Positions 41,069 to 49,718 of a stretch of 64,000 nt of DNA are shown one piece after another (positions within the stretch are counted from its first letter, which is position 1; the number at the start of each line of letters is the position of its first letter). A model generated the notes under the pieces. It was not told the DNA's origin. It saw only the letters and a list, made by a program, of their open reading frames with translations, and ran no database searches. The position numbers were made by a program, and so were the translations under genes. Origin of the DNA: an uncultured delta proteobacterium (GTDB lineage Bacteria; Desulfobacterota; Binatia; DP-6); NCBI GenBank assembly GCA_963815115.1, contig CAWFFN010000012.1, positions 704,001 to 768,000 on the forward strand. The letters are read 5' to 3'.

Positions 41069-42589
41069 ATGTCACGAAGGGCGCAGATCCTTGGTTTCCT
41101 GCTGGTTCTTCTGGGTCTCTCTGCGGCTCGATCTGGTCCTGCCCTCGCCGGCGCGCCCTCTTTGCTGCTCGCCTCCGACGCCAGCTGGGACGCCTTCTCC
41201 GGCGACCCCACCATCCCCGGCGCGGTGTTTCTCGGAAAGGCGCAGCCCGTGTGCCTGAACGCGACCACGCCCGCAGGCTGCCCTGCGGGTGCCGTCCTCT
41301 ATGGCGACCCGGCGACCATCGCGTGGACAGCCGACCTCTCCACGATTCCCGGGGCCGTCTGGGTCTGGGCCCCGGGCGTGACCGGCGCGACGACCCCGGC
41401 GGATCTCGCCCAGGTGTTCCTCACGAAGACGATCACGCTCCCGGCAATTCCCCTCTCGGCCTCCATCTCGGTGGCAGCAGACGACTTCGCGGAGGTCGTG
41501 GTGAACGGCGTGCCGGTGGGCGCGACCGGCAGCGTCACCGATCCCGCTCTCGCCGCTGCTGCGAGCTCGACGCTCACCACCTTCGACATCACCTCGCGAT
41601 TGCTCGTGGGTGACAATCGAATCGTCATCCAGGGGATCAACGGCCCGGCGAGCTTCGCGTGCGGGCTGGGGCCGTGTAGCTACCAGCAGAATCCGGCCGG
41701 CGTGGTCTTCGGCGGTCTCATCAGCTCCGACCGACCGCCGCTCTGCGACCAGGCCTTCGCGGTCCCGGGCAACGCCTGGCCTCCCAACCACAAGCCCGTC
41801 ACGGTCACCGTGGCAGACGTCACCGACCCCGACGGCGACCCGGTCGCGATCACCATAGACGCCATCCGCCAGGACGAGCCGGTCGATGACGGCAGCTGCT
41901 CCGGCGCCGGCGGCATCGGCACCGATCACGCCACCGTGCCCGTGGAGCGCAGCGGCCAGGGGGACGGACGCGTGTATCACTTCTTTTTCCGAGCCGAGGA
42001 TCCCTCCGGTGGCGCCTGCACGGGCGACGTGACGCTCTGCGTTCCGCATGATCAGGGTCACGGAGGGGGCTGCGGCGACGGGGGACCGCTGTTCGACTCG
42101 GTGGGTTTTTGCGGGGTACCCCCTCCCGTGCCCTGCGCGGCGTGTGACGACGGTGATCCGTGCACCGTCGACGTCTGCACGCCCACAGGATGCGCTCACT
42201 CGCCGGTCTCGTGCGACGACGGCGTTGCCTGCACCGTGGACACGTGCCTGGCCGGGATCTGCCAGCATGTGCCGGCGACCGGCTTCGACGACTGCCGTTG
42301 CAAGTTCGACGAGCTGCCCCCGCCGGAGGCGGACTGCTTCGACCGCCTGCCGGGCAACCTCCGCGCCCTCCTCGAGGGGACCGCCCAACTGGTCGCCCGT
42401 GCGCCAGGCCGCGACGACCCTCATGCGGCGCGCCCCATGGTCAGGCGGGCACTTCGGCATCTCGCTAGGGCGTCTCGTCTGCTGCAGCGGGCACGCAGCA
42501 AGGACATCGCGACGGCGTGCCTCGAGGACGTGAGGAGTCGGATCCGCAGCGCCCGCCTGGCTGCGCGCGGCTGGCTCTCAGCGCGATAG
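41069..42589 (+). CDS. Secreted multidomain surface protein (lectin-like beta-sandwich, PPNHK Ig-like domain, CDDG-x2-CT-x-D-x-C repeats)
   Basis: Signal peptide; IPGAVWVW/ADD/VNG/NPAG motifs; WPPNHK...DPDGD...QDEP...GDGRVY...CVPHDQ; CDDGDPCTVDVC and CDDGVACTVDTC. Confidence 0.75.
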   Translation: MSRRAQILGFLLVLLGLSAARSGPALAGAPSLLLASDASWDAFSGDPTIPGAVFLGKAQPVCLNATTPAGCPAGAVLYGDPATIAWTADLSTIPGAVWVWAPGVTGATTPADLAQVFLTKTITLPAIPLSASISVAADDFAEVVVNGVPVGATGSVTDPALAAAASSTLTTFDITSRLLVGDNRIVIQGINGPASFACGLGPCSYQQNPAGVVFGGLISSDRPPLCDQAFAVPGNAWPPNHKPVTVTVADVTDPDGDPVAITIDAIRQDEPVDDGSCSGAGGIGTDHATVPVERSGQGDGRVYHFFFRAEDPSGGACTGDVTLCVPHDQGHGGGCGDGGPLFDSVGFCGVPPPVPCAACDDGDPCTVDVCTPTGCAHSPVSCDDGVACTVDTCLAGICQHVPATGFDDCRCKFDELPPPEADCFDRLPGNLRALLEGTAQLVARAPGRDDPHAARPMVRRALRHLARASRLLQRARSKDIATACLEDVRSRIRSARLAARGWLSAR

Positions 42590-42647
42590 CTGCCGAGCAA
42601 CTCGGCATCTCATGCGGGAGCGCCGACGCTCCGCCCGGTCGGGTGGT

Positions 42648-44150
42648 TCATTGCGGTGGAGCAGTGCGGGGGTCGAACGTTGGCGGAGCGCCGGGGTCGT
42701 ACGTTGGCTCAGTGCCGGGGTAGCCTGATGGAGGCTGGTTGGCATCGAAGGGAGGATTCGGGTTGAGGAGGACGCCCGGGATACGCGGGCGCGTCACCTC
42801 GGCCGGCTCCCACTTGGTCTTCATCTCGTCCCAGGTGAGCGGGCCGCGATCTGCCGGTGTGGCCAGCTCCGTGCCCGGCGGGAGCGGGGCCACCAGGTGC
42901 GGCGTCACGATGACCATCAGCTCGGTCATCGAGTCGCTGTAAGTCGTGTCCCGGAAGACGTAGCCGATGGCGGGGATGTTCATCAGGTAGGGGATGCCGC
43001 GCACGCTCTCGGTCCGATCGTTCTGCAGGAGGCCTCCGACGACGAGGGTCTCACCGTTGCGCAGCCTGGCGCTGGTGGACGCCCGGCGGGTGACGAAGCT
43101 CGGGACCCCCTCGACCTCGTTCGTGAAGTCGGGCCGGCTCACCTCCGGGGTGACGGTCAGGATGATGTCGCCCTCGTCGGTGAGACGCGGCACGAAGTTG
43201 ACCAGGGTGCCGAAAGGCTTGAACTGAACGTCTGCGGCGAAGCCCGACACGATCCGGATCGGGATCTCGCCGCCTACCTGGAAGACGGCGTTCTGCCCGC
43301 TCATGGCCAGGATCTTGGGTTGGGCGAGCACGGTCGCCAGCCCCTCGCTCTGCAGCAGCTTGATGAAGGCCGTGAGATCCGTCTTCGGCAGTTGGAAGAC
43401 ATACTGCGGCGCGGTGCTGTTGAGGTTGAGAGGCAGGAGCGGCTGGGTGATCTGCGGTGGAACGGTCTGGCCCAGGATCGGGGCGGCGCCGCCGCCCAGG
43501 AAGAAGGCGGTCACGAACGTGGTCCCGATCCTCCGGAAGTCGATGCCGTGCTCTTCCATCGCCGTCCGGTTGAGCTCGGCCACCGTGACCTCGAGCATCA
43601 CCTGCTGGGTCGAGAAGTCGGCGACGAAGAGGCTGTGGACCTGGGGCTGGCCGGCGCCCGATTCCCACACCGTGAGGGTCGTCTCGCCGTAGTACGGTTC
43701 CGGCGTGAACGTCTTGTTGGACACCGTGGCCAAGCGCAGCGCCGTGACCATGGGACCTTCCTGGCCTCCCTCGCGCTTCGGCAGCTGCTTTGCGTTGACC
43801 ATGATCGTGCGGGGACCGAGCACGACGACGCCCGCGATGTCGGGGTTCCCGATCGATACGCGTTGCACGGGACTCCGGAACTGGATGATCCGGCTCTTCC
43901 CGCTCCGGATCCAGAGTGGATCTCCCGGGCCGAGCATGGTCTCGGCGGGAGCTGGCCTGGGCTCGTATCCGGGCGGCACCCTCTGTGCCTCGACGCCGTC
44001 GGTCACCGCATGACCCGCGGTCCATTCGATGAGCCTCTTCTCGAACCCCGGGTGAGGCTGGGGCGGCGCCGGCGTGATGGCGCAGGCCCAGAGCAGCGTG
44101 ACCCCGACGAGTGCACCCGTGCGGGTGACTTGCCGACGGAGCACATCCAT
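42648..44150 (-). CDS. cpaC: Tad pilus secretin (RcpA/CpaC)
   Basis: GKSRII..RVSIGNPDIAGV..GETTLTVW N-domain; QVMLEVTVAE, LAQPKILAMSGQNAVFQVGGEIP, IPYLMNIPAIGYVF, ELMVIVTP; LWAC lipobox-like signal. Confidence 0.9.
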   Translation of the reverse strand: MDVLRRQVTRTGALVGVTLLWACAITPAPPQPHPGFEKRLIEWTAGHAVTDGVEAQRVPPGYEPRPAPAETMLGPGDPLWIRSGKSRIIQFRSPVQRVSIGNPDIAGVVVLGPRTIMVNAKQLPKREGGQEGPMVTALRLATVSNKTFTPEPYYGETTLTVWESGAGQPQVHSLFVADFSTQQVMLEVTVAELNRTAMEEHGIDFRRIGTTFVTAFFLGGGAAPILGQTVPPQITQPLLPLNLNSTAPQYVFQLPKTDLTAFIKLLQSEGLATVLAQPKILAMSGQNAVFQVGGEIPIRIVSGFAADVQFKPFGTLVNFVPRLTDEGDIILTVTPEVSRPDFTNEVEGVPSFVTRRASTSARLRNGETLVVGGLLQNDRTESVRGIPYLMNIPAIGYVFRDTTYSDSMTELMVIVTPHLVAPLPPGTELATPADRGPLTWDEMKTKWEPAEVTRPRIPGVLLNPNPPFDANQPPSGYPGTEPTYDPGAPPTFDPRTAPPQ

Positions 44151-44248
44151 CCCATTCCCCTCCTCACCCCGTGTCCGTGGACGACAGGGTTTCTAACCCG
44201 CGGCGTCGGCTGGCTATGACCTCCGGGCCCGATCCGTCCCAGCGCCGA

Positions 44249-45094
44249 TCAGAAGAGCTCCTGTCGCGTCACCTGGTCCCCGAGCAGCACTTCCACCGAG
44301 TACCTGGGGCGCCGCCTCGGCGGGCTCGGCGCTGGTGCCCGCGGCGGCGCCGCCGGAGGGGCGACCGTGCGCGCCGGGCTCTCGAAGAGGGCGGCCGTCG
44401 AGAGACCGGGCGTGCCCACCACCTGATCGTCGCTGTAGTTCCGGAGTGCGAGTCGCACCGGCTCGTAGCGCGTCGCGAGCGTGAGCTTCTCGGCGTCTGC
44501 GGGCGAGACGAGCAAGGTGACGGTGGGGACCTCGACCGGCTTCTCCTGGGTTTGCGTGATGCTCTTCCCGATCGCGAGCACGCGAATACCCTGCAGGATC
44601 AGTTTGCTCCGCTGCCCCTGGTTGCCCTCGGCATCGGCGGCGCCGGCGACGAGCACATCCACCCGGCTGTTCGGTGTGATGAAGCCGCTGACGCCGGTGA
44701 CGTCGTCGACCCGCACCGACATCGCCCGCATGCCGTCCGGGATCATCAGGGGCAGTACCTCCGCGCCCTGACCCAGCAGCTGTGACTGGCTGAGGGGCTG
44801 ATTCTTCTCGATCGTGACCCGCGCGACCGAATTGACGACGGTTTTCGGATCGGTGATCGCCCCGTCCGGCACGATCTTTTCGGGCCATGCGGCGACCTTC
44901 ACCTGCTGCTCCCCGATACGGGACCCGACGGGAATGGTGTCGCTCGCAACGACGACGTCGACGGTGGCGGGTGCGGCCTGGTGCGTCGACTCGATCTCGC
45001 TGCGCAGAGCACGCAGTTGTCGGTAGACCAGTGCGGAGACGAGAGCGCCGATGACGATCGCCAGCAGCAGCAGGTTCCCGGGTTTCCGCATCAC
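44249..45094 (-). CDS. cpaB: Flp pilus assembly protein CpaB/RcpC
   Basis: SAF-like VVVASDTIPVG, IPDGMRAMSVRVDDVTGVSGFITPNSRVDVLV, VTLLVSPADAEKL, LALRN. Confidence 0.93.
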   Translation of the reverse strand: MMRKPGNLLLLAIVIGALVSALVYRQLRALRSEIESTHQAAPATVDVVVASDTIPVGSRIGEQQVKVAAWPEKIVPDGAITDPKTVVNSVARVTIEKNQPLSQSQLLGQGAEVLPLMIPDGMRAMSVRVDDVTGVSGFITPNSRVDVLVAGAADAEGNQGQRSKLILQGIRVLAIGKSITQTQEKPVEVPTVTLLVSPADAEKLTLATRYEPVRLALRNYSDDQVVGTPGLSTAALFESPARTVAPPAAPPRAPAPSPPRRRPRYSVEVLLGDQVTRQELF

Positions 45095-45282
45095 CTACTC
45101 CTCGCGAGATCACCTGCCGCCGCCCTCGACGCGTCCGAGTCGAGCGAACGATCGCGGCGTGCGTGCTGCCTCTTCGCGATCAGGCGTCCTTCGGCGATCA
45201 CCATGGGCGGCCGATGTCCGCGTAGAAAACTGGCTCCGGCTAACACGACGCCATCGGGGACGCAATCGACGACCCGCACGGC

Positions 45283-45546
45283 CTACCTCCTGCGGACCCG
45301 CTCGCTGCGCTCGCAGCGGTAGCGGAGGAGCGGACCGAGGACGGTCGATGATTGGCCGCCCTGCTTCTTCGACGTTTCCACCGCCAGGTCATTGGCCTCC
45401 TGTCGCCGGCCCTCCTCGCAGAGCCACGCGGTGTCGTACTCGCGCATCTTCTTCCAGTCCGCCAGGGGCGGATTGGCGAGGTCCGGCGTCCGGTTGAAGA
45501 GGAGCATCCAGCCCCCGAGCAGGATGACGGTACCGGTGGCCCGCAT
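45283..45546 (-). CDS. Small exported hypothetical protein with two Cys (87 aa)
   Basis: MRATGTVILLGGWMLLF...PPLADWKKMREYDTAWLCEE...YRCE; co-oriented within the operon. Confidence 0.6.
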   Translation of the reverse strand: MRATGTVILLGGWMLLFNRTPDLANPPLADWKKMREYDTAWLCEEGRRQEANDLAVETSKKQGGQSSTVLGPLLRYRCERSERVRRR

Positions 45547-45587
45547 CACGCCGCGGCGCGGAGGAGCATGTGGGGCCGGAGGCGGGA

Positions 45588-46253
45588 TCAGGGCTCGACC
45601 TCGACCGCGAACACGTCCGGTCCATGCCGAACGTAGACGGCCTCGCGCAGGATGAGCTGCACCTCGACCCCGCTCGCGGATTCGCCCTGGCGCAAGGTCA
45701 CTGCTGGCGCTCCGCCGATCGTGAGGGTTGCGGTCCGCTTCTCGGGGAGCGTTGCAAAGCCGATCGATCGCACGCGTACGGCGGGCTCGCTCTCGGCTAC
45801 CGGGGACGGGACGCCCGGAGCAACGGCGACGGCGCCGGCCGCCGGACCGGCAGCAGCCGCCTCGGGCGCAGCCGCCGGAGCCGATCCCGTGACCGTCGCT
45901 CCCGCAGCGACACCCGGTGAGGCGACTACGGGCGGGACGACCGGCCGTCGGCGCTCGACCCGTGCTCGCGGGGGCTCGCTGCTTCCGCCAACCGGAACGC
46001 TCGCGGGCCCGGCGGCCTGCTCGCGTGTCGACACCGCTCCCCGGGGAGACGCAGGTGGGTCGAGCCGCGCAGGCACGGGCGTGTCGAATGCCCGACGAGC
46101 CAGCAGCGCACCCGCCGCGACCACCATCCCGACACCGAGGATGGCCCACCGACGCAGCCGCCACCCGTGGCGGTCCCGCCAGGTGATCAAGTTCCCACCG
46201 GCTGCGGCGAGCCGCGGCTCCCGAGCCTGCAGGGCCTCCAGGATCGTGCTCAC
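45588..46253 (-). CDS. GspB/ExeB-like protein
   Basis: MSTILEAL start, one TM, Pro/Ala linker, C-terminal LRQGE...VQLILREAVYVRHG beta domain; overlaps the ExeA-like stop. Confidence 0.65.
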   Translation of the reverse strand: MSTILEALQAREPRLAAAGGNLITWRDRHGWRLRRWAILGVGMVVAAGALLARRAFDTPVPARLDPPASPRGAVSTREQAAGPASVPVGGSSEPPRARVERRRPVVPPVVASPGVAAGATVTGSAPAAAPEAAAAGPAAGAVAVAPGVPSPVAESEPAVRVRSIGFATLPEKRTATLTIGGAPAVTLRQGESASGVEVQLILREAVYVRHGPDVFAVEVEP

Positions 46254-47956
46254 GACGCTGCGCCCGCCGGGATCATCAGTGCCGGCCGGCGGTACGCATC
46301 ACCACCTCCGGCGTACAGAACGATGCGTGTGATGGGTCCGACGAGCCCGTCGGCGTCGAGCTGGTGCCTGCGCTGGAACTCCACGACGGCCTTTGCGGTG
46401 GCGGAATCAAACGTCCCCGTGGGCGCCAGGCCGTCCGTCCCGACCCGACGCAGAAGCGCCTGTAAGTGCGCCACGGCGGCGCCGCGCACCCCGGGACGCA
46501 GCGTGGGGCCGAGCGCGTCGAAGTCCTTCCAGAGGATGTGCGCCTGGCCCGTCCAGAGGGGCTCCAGGAGGACCGTGTCGGCGGTGATGGACATCCCCTC
46601 GATCGAGAGCACCATCCAGGAGTCGTCGATTCCCGTGATGGCGGCCCAGCAGGGGACGGTGGCGCCGGGAGGGCGCAGCTCGAGCAGCGCGGGAAGATCG
46701 AGCAGGCGCAGCATGCTGCGGTTGGCCGTGAGCTGCAGCTCCTCGAGGCCGCGTCGCCAGGCGACGGACTCGAGATCTTCGGGGAGGCGAGCCTCGCCTT
46801 CGACCAGGGGACGCGCTCCCCATACGGTGAGGAGGGTCGCGGTCGCCGCGCGGGCGGTGGCCTGCGTATCGCGGCCGGCGAGAAGGCGTCCCAGCTCGGC
46901 GGCTGAGGTGATCGGGGCGGGGACGTCCGCAGGCGGCGCGGCAGCCGGCCCGGTAGACGGGGTGGAATCCGTGGGCCCGCTGGTCGCGTCGGCTGTGGGC
47001 GAAGGGCCGGATGGGGTCGCCAGGGACGGGGGAACGCGGAACAACCGATCGACCTCCGGCGCGCCGACCGCGACGAGCGACGCGCCGATCGCGAGGCCAC
47101 AACCGGCGAGTGCCGCCCTTCGCGCCAGGGTCAGCGTCCCCGGCAGGGGAACGGCCTGGATCTCCCGATAGGCTCGTGCGACGATGCGACGGCTCACGCG
47201 TGGCTCTCGCGCGACGAACGCCGCCAGCAACGCCCGGTGTGCAATCATGTTGATGAGGCGTGGAACTCCCCCCGAGACTCCATGCAGGAGGCGCAGCGCC
47301 GGACGCGTGAACAGGCGTCTCGCGCGACCGCCGCTGGCAACTGCGAGCCGATGGTGGACGTAGGCGCGCGTTTCCCGGGATGAGAGCGGCCCGAGGTGCC
47401 AGCGCAGCGTGATGCGTTGATTCAGCTGCGCCAGCTCCGGGTCGAGGAGGAGCCTGCGCAGCTGCGGCTGCCCAACCAGCACGACGCGCAAGAGCTTGCG
47501 GGTCTCGGTCTCGAGGTTCAGGAGCAGCCGGATCTGCTCCAGCAGCTCGATCGAGAGCGCCTGGGCTTCATCCAGTACGACGACGCACGACCGTCCCAGC
47601 GCGCTCTGTTCGATCAGGTAGGCATGGAGCCCATCGACGAGATCGGTCTGACTGTCTCCTGCCGGGGTGACTCTGAACTCGCGGCAGACCCTGCGCAGGA
47701 GATCGAGCGCCGACAGCGGTGGTGTGAGGGCGTAGGCGGCGGTGATCTCGGGGCCGAGCTCGGCCAGGAAGACCCGCAGCAGGGTCGTCTTGCCCGTGCC
47801 CACATCTCCGGTGATGCAGACGAAACCGCTCGATTCCGTGAGCCCGAGCCGCAGGTGGGCGAGCGCCTCGGCGTGCTTGGCTGACAGAAACAGGTAGCGT
47901 GTATCGGGCGTCAGTCGAAACGGCTCGTCATCCAGCCCGAAGAACTGCTCGTACAA
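46250..47956 (-). CDS. ExeA/GspA-like AAA ATPase with C-terminal peptidoglycan-binding domain
   Basis: YEQFFGL..EPFRLTPD, TGDVGTGKTT, LDEAQAL, LVGQPQL, SGGVPRLIN, PG-binding AVAHLQ..FQRRHQLDADGLVGPIT; TTG start after GGAGG. Confidence 0.9.
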   Translation of the reverse strand: MYEQFFGLDDEPFRLTPDTRYLFLSAKHAEALAHLRLGLTESSGFVCITGDVGTGKTTLLRVFLAELGPEITAAYALTPPLSALDLLRRVCREFRVTPAGDSQTDLVDGLHAYLIEQSALGRSCVVVLDEAQALSIELLEQIRLLLNLETETRKLLRVVLVGQPQLRRLLLDPELAQLNQRITLRWHLGPLSSRETRAYVHHRLAVASGGRARRLFTRPALRLLHGVSGGVPRLINMIAHRALLAAFVAREPRVSRRIVARAYREIQAVPLPGTLTLARRAALAGCGLAIGASLVAVGAPEVDRLFRVPPSLATPSGPSPTADATSGPTDSTPSTGPAAAPPADVPAPITSAAELGRLLAGRDTQATARAATATLLTVWGARPLVEGEARLPEDLESVAWRRGLEELQLTANRSMLRLLDLPALLELRPPGATVPCWAAITGIDDSWMVLSIEGMSITADTVLLEPLWTGQAHILWKDFDALGPTLRPGVRGAAVAHLQALLRRVGTDGLAPTGTFDSATAKAVVEFQRRHQLDADGLVGPITRIVLYAGGGDAYRRPALMIPAGAAS

Positions 47957-48440
47957 CCCCACCCCTCCGCTACGAACCCCAAGAGACAGTAGCAGTCTTT
48001 CCTGTAGCGATCCACGCCCTCGAGGAAAAAACACGGCGTTTCCTGCCTGACAGCCAGCCACGCCAGCCGCCATTCCATCGTGGAACCGGACCCGAGCACG
48101 ATTCTGACGCGCGTCCGCGCGGCACAGCCCCGGGCGAAGCTTGCAAGCCAGATCCGCGAGGGATCGCCAATCGTGAACGAGTGCAGACGGGGAACTCCGC
48201 AATCGTTGGCGCCTTGAACGCTGCCTGGTGGGGATCACCCGAGATGGGATTCGGGTTTTCCCGTACTCAAAACTCGCCGTCAGATCGAAGGCTTGCCCTT
48301 CAGACCAGGTGGGCATGGATCGCCTGGAACAACGACACAGCCGACCCCAGGCACGCGTCTCTCAACCAACTACCCAGGAACAGGGGCTTCGCTCGGCGCA
48401 AGGCCCTGTCTCTAGAAATCCCGACAGAAGGAGTCCCGGA

Positions 48441-48611
48441 ATGAGTTTCATCAAGAGGCTGCTCGCCGACGACTCGGCCCAGGACCTCGCCGAGTACGGC
48501 ATCGCGCTCGCGGTGATCGCCGTCGGCGCCGGCGTCATCGCCGTCGCCATCGCCGGCAACGTCAACACCCTCTGGCAGAACGCCCAGACCGCGATCGCCG
48601 CTGCGGTGTGA
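48441..48611 (+). CDS. flp: Flp pilin 1 (Ala at -1)
   Basis: AAGGAG RBS; DDSA|QDLAEYG Flp motif with hydrophobic core; 56 aa. Confidence 0.9.
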   Translation: MSFIKRLLADDSAQDLAEYGIALAVIAVGAGVIAVAIAGNVNTLWQNAQTAIAAAV

Positions 48612-48655
48612 CCCGACCGAAGAGAACGCAGGGGAAACCCGGAAAGGAGAAGCAC

Positions 48656-48829
48656 ATGCGGAACCTGATCAAGAAGCTGGTTGCCGATGAGAGCGGACAG
48701 GACCTCGCCGAGTACGGCATCGCGCTCGCGGTGATCGCGGTCGGTGCCGGCGCCATCGCCGTCGCCATCGCCGGCAACGTCAAGACCCTTTGGACGAACG
48801 CCCAGACTGCAATCGCAGCGGCGGTCTGA
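48656..48829 (+). CDS. flp: Flp pilin 2
   Basis: AAGGAG RBS; DESG|QDLAEYG; 57 aa. Confidence 0.93.
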   Translation: MRNLIKKLVADESGQDLAEYGIALAVIAVGAGAIAVAIAGNVKTLWTNAQTAIAAAV

Positions 48830-48926
48830 CTGAGAGAAACGGACAGGTCGCCGTGCGTCGTGCCCTCATCGGGCAAACGCTGGCACCCCAACAGCCCCGG
48901 GGAAACCGGGAAAAAAAGGAAGAGCC

Positions 48927-49100
48927 ATGCAGAACCTGATCAAGAAGCTGGTTGCCGATGAGAGTGGGCAGGACCTCGCCGAGTACGGCATCGCGCTGGC
49001 GGTCATCGCCGTGGGCGCCGGCGTCATCGCCGTTGCCATCGCCGGCAACGTCAAGACCCTCTGGACGAATGCCCAGACCGCGATCGCAGCTGCGGTGTAG
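48927..49100 (+). CDS. flp: Flp pilin 3
   Basis: Not in the ORF track; manual translation MQNLIKKLVADESG|QDLAEYGIALAVIAVGAGVIAVAIAGNVKTLWTNAQTAIAAAV. Confidence 0.93.
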   Translation: MQNLIKKLVADESGQDLAEYGIALAVIAVGAGVIAVAIAGNVKTLWTNAQTAIAAAV

Positions 49101-49130
49101 GGCCGGGGCAACCGATCAAACACGAACCGT

Positions 49131-49166
49131 CGGGAGAGGGGGCGGAATCCCCGCTCCCCTCTCCCG
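49131..49166 (+). terminator. Strong GC hairpin between the pilins and the prepilin peptidase (terminator or mRNA-stabilising stem)
   Basis: CGGGAGAGGGGGCGG...CCGCTCCCCTCTCCCG inverted repeat; no U-tract on the + strand. Confidence 0.55.
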
Positions 49167-49184
49167 GCAAAACACCCATCGAGC

Positions 49185-49718
49185 ATGATCCCTTCCCCCA
49201 CGATCGCCGCCACGCTCGCCTTCGTCGCACTCTGCGTCGCGACCGATGTGCGGAGCCGGCGCATCCCGAACCTGGTCTCCGGGATCGGCATGCTGGCCGG
49301 CCTGATGCTCAACGTCTTCTACTTCGGCGGCGACGGCCTGGTCGCCAGTGCGGGTGGCCTTTTCGCCACGGTCGCGCTGCTCCTGTTCCCGTTCGCCATG
49401 GGCGGCATCGGCGGAGGCGACGTGAAGATGATGGGCGCGATCGGCGCGCTCCTGGGCTTGCACGTCGGCCTTGTCGCGCTGCTCGTCGGGCTCGCGTTCG
49501 GTGGGGTCATCATGGCCATCCACCTCGCGCGTCGGCGCCGCCTGGGACGGACGGTGCTGACCGTCGGCACCATGGCGTCGGCGAGCGTCCTCACCGGCTC
49601 GCTCGAGCCGCTGCGACTCTCGGCCGCGCAGCCGGACGCGATCAGCCTGCCCTACAGCGTGCCGCTCGGCCTCGGGACGATCGTGGCGCTGGCCATGTCG
49701 GGGAGCCTCGGGCTGTGA
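49185..49718 (+). CDS. cpaA: Prepilin peptidase TadV/CpaA (A24)
   Basis: TDVRSRRIPN, GGIGGGDVKMMGAIG, LPYSVPL; no methyltransferase domain. Confidence 0.92.
   Translation: MIPSPTIAATLAFVALCVATDVRSRRIPNLVSGIGMLAGLMLNVFYFGGDGLVASAGGLFATVALLLFPFAMGGIGGGDVKMMGAIGALLGLHVGLVALLVGLAFGGVIMAIHLARRRRLGRTVLTVGTMASASVLTGSLEPLRLSAAQPDAISLPYSVPLGLGTIVALAMSGSLGL

Larger units (their letters stand above)
48441..49100 (+). repeat. Tandem triplication of the flp gene
   Basis: Three near-identical copies, e.g. CAGGACCTCGCCGAGTACGGCATCGCGCT is present in each. Confidence 0.9.

Noticed and set aside
45091-45279. 62-aa ORF and a GG-N10-GC motif (45239-45253, minus) upstream of cpaB
   Set aside because: Protein composition is unconvincing and the motif (TGGCGT-N5-TAGC) deviates at both boxes; not supportable.
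48860-48926. Possible c-di-GMP-I riboswitch (GGGCAAAC...GAAA) before flp3
   Set aside because: The expected P2/P3 arrangement with the downstream GCAAAG element is not visible; would need an Infernal scan.
48441-49100. CRISPR-like or diversity-generating repeat array
   Set aside because: The repeats are whole pilin genes; no spacers, cas genes or reverse transcriptase nearby.
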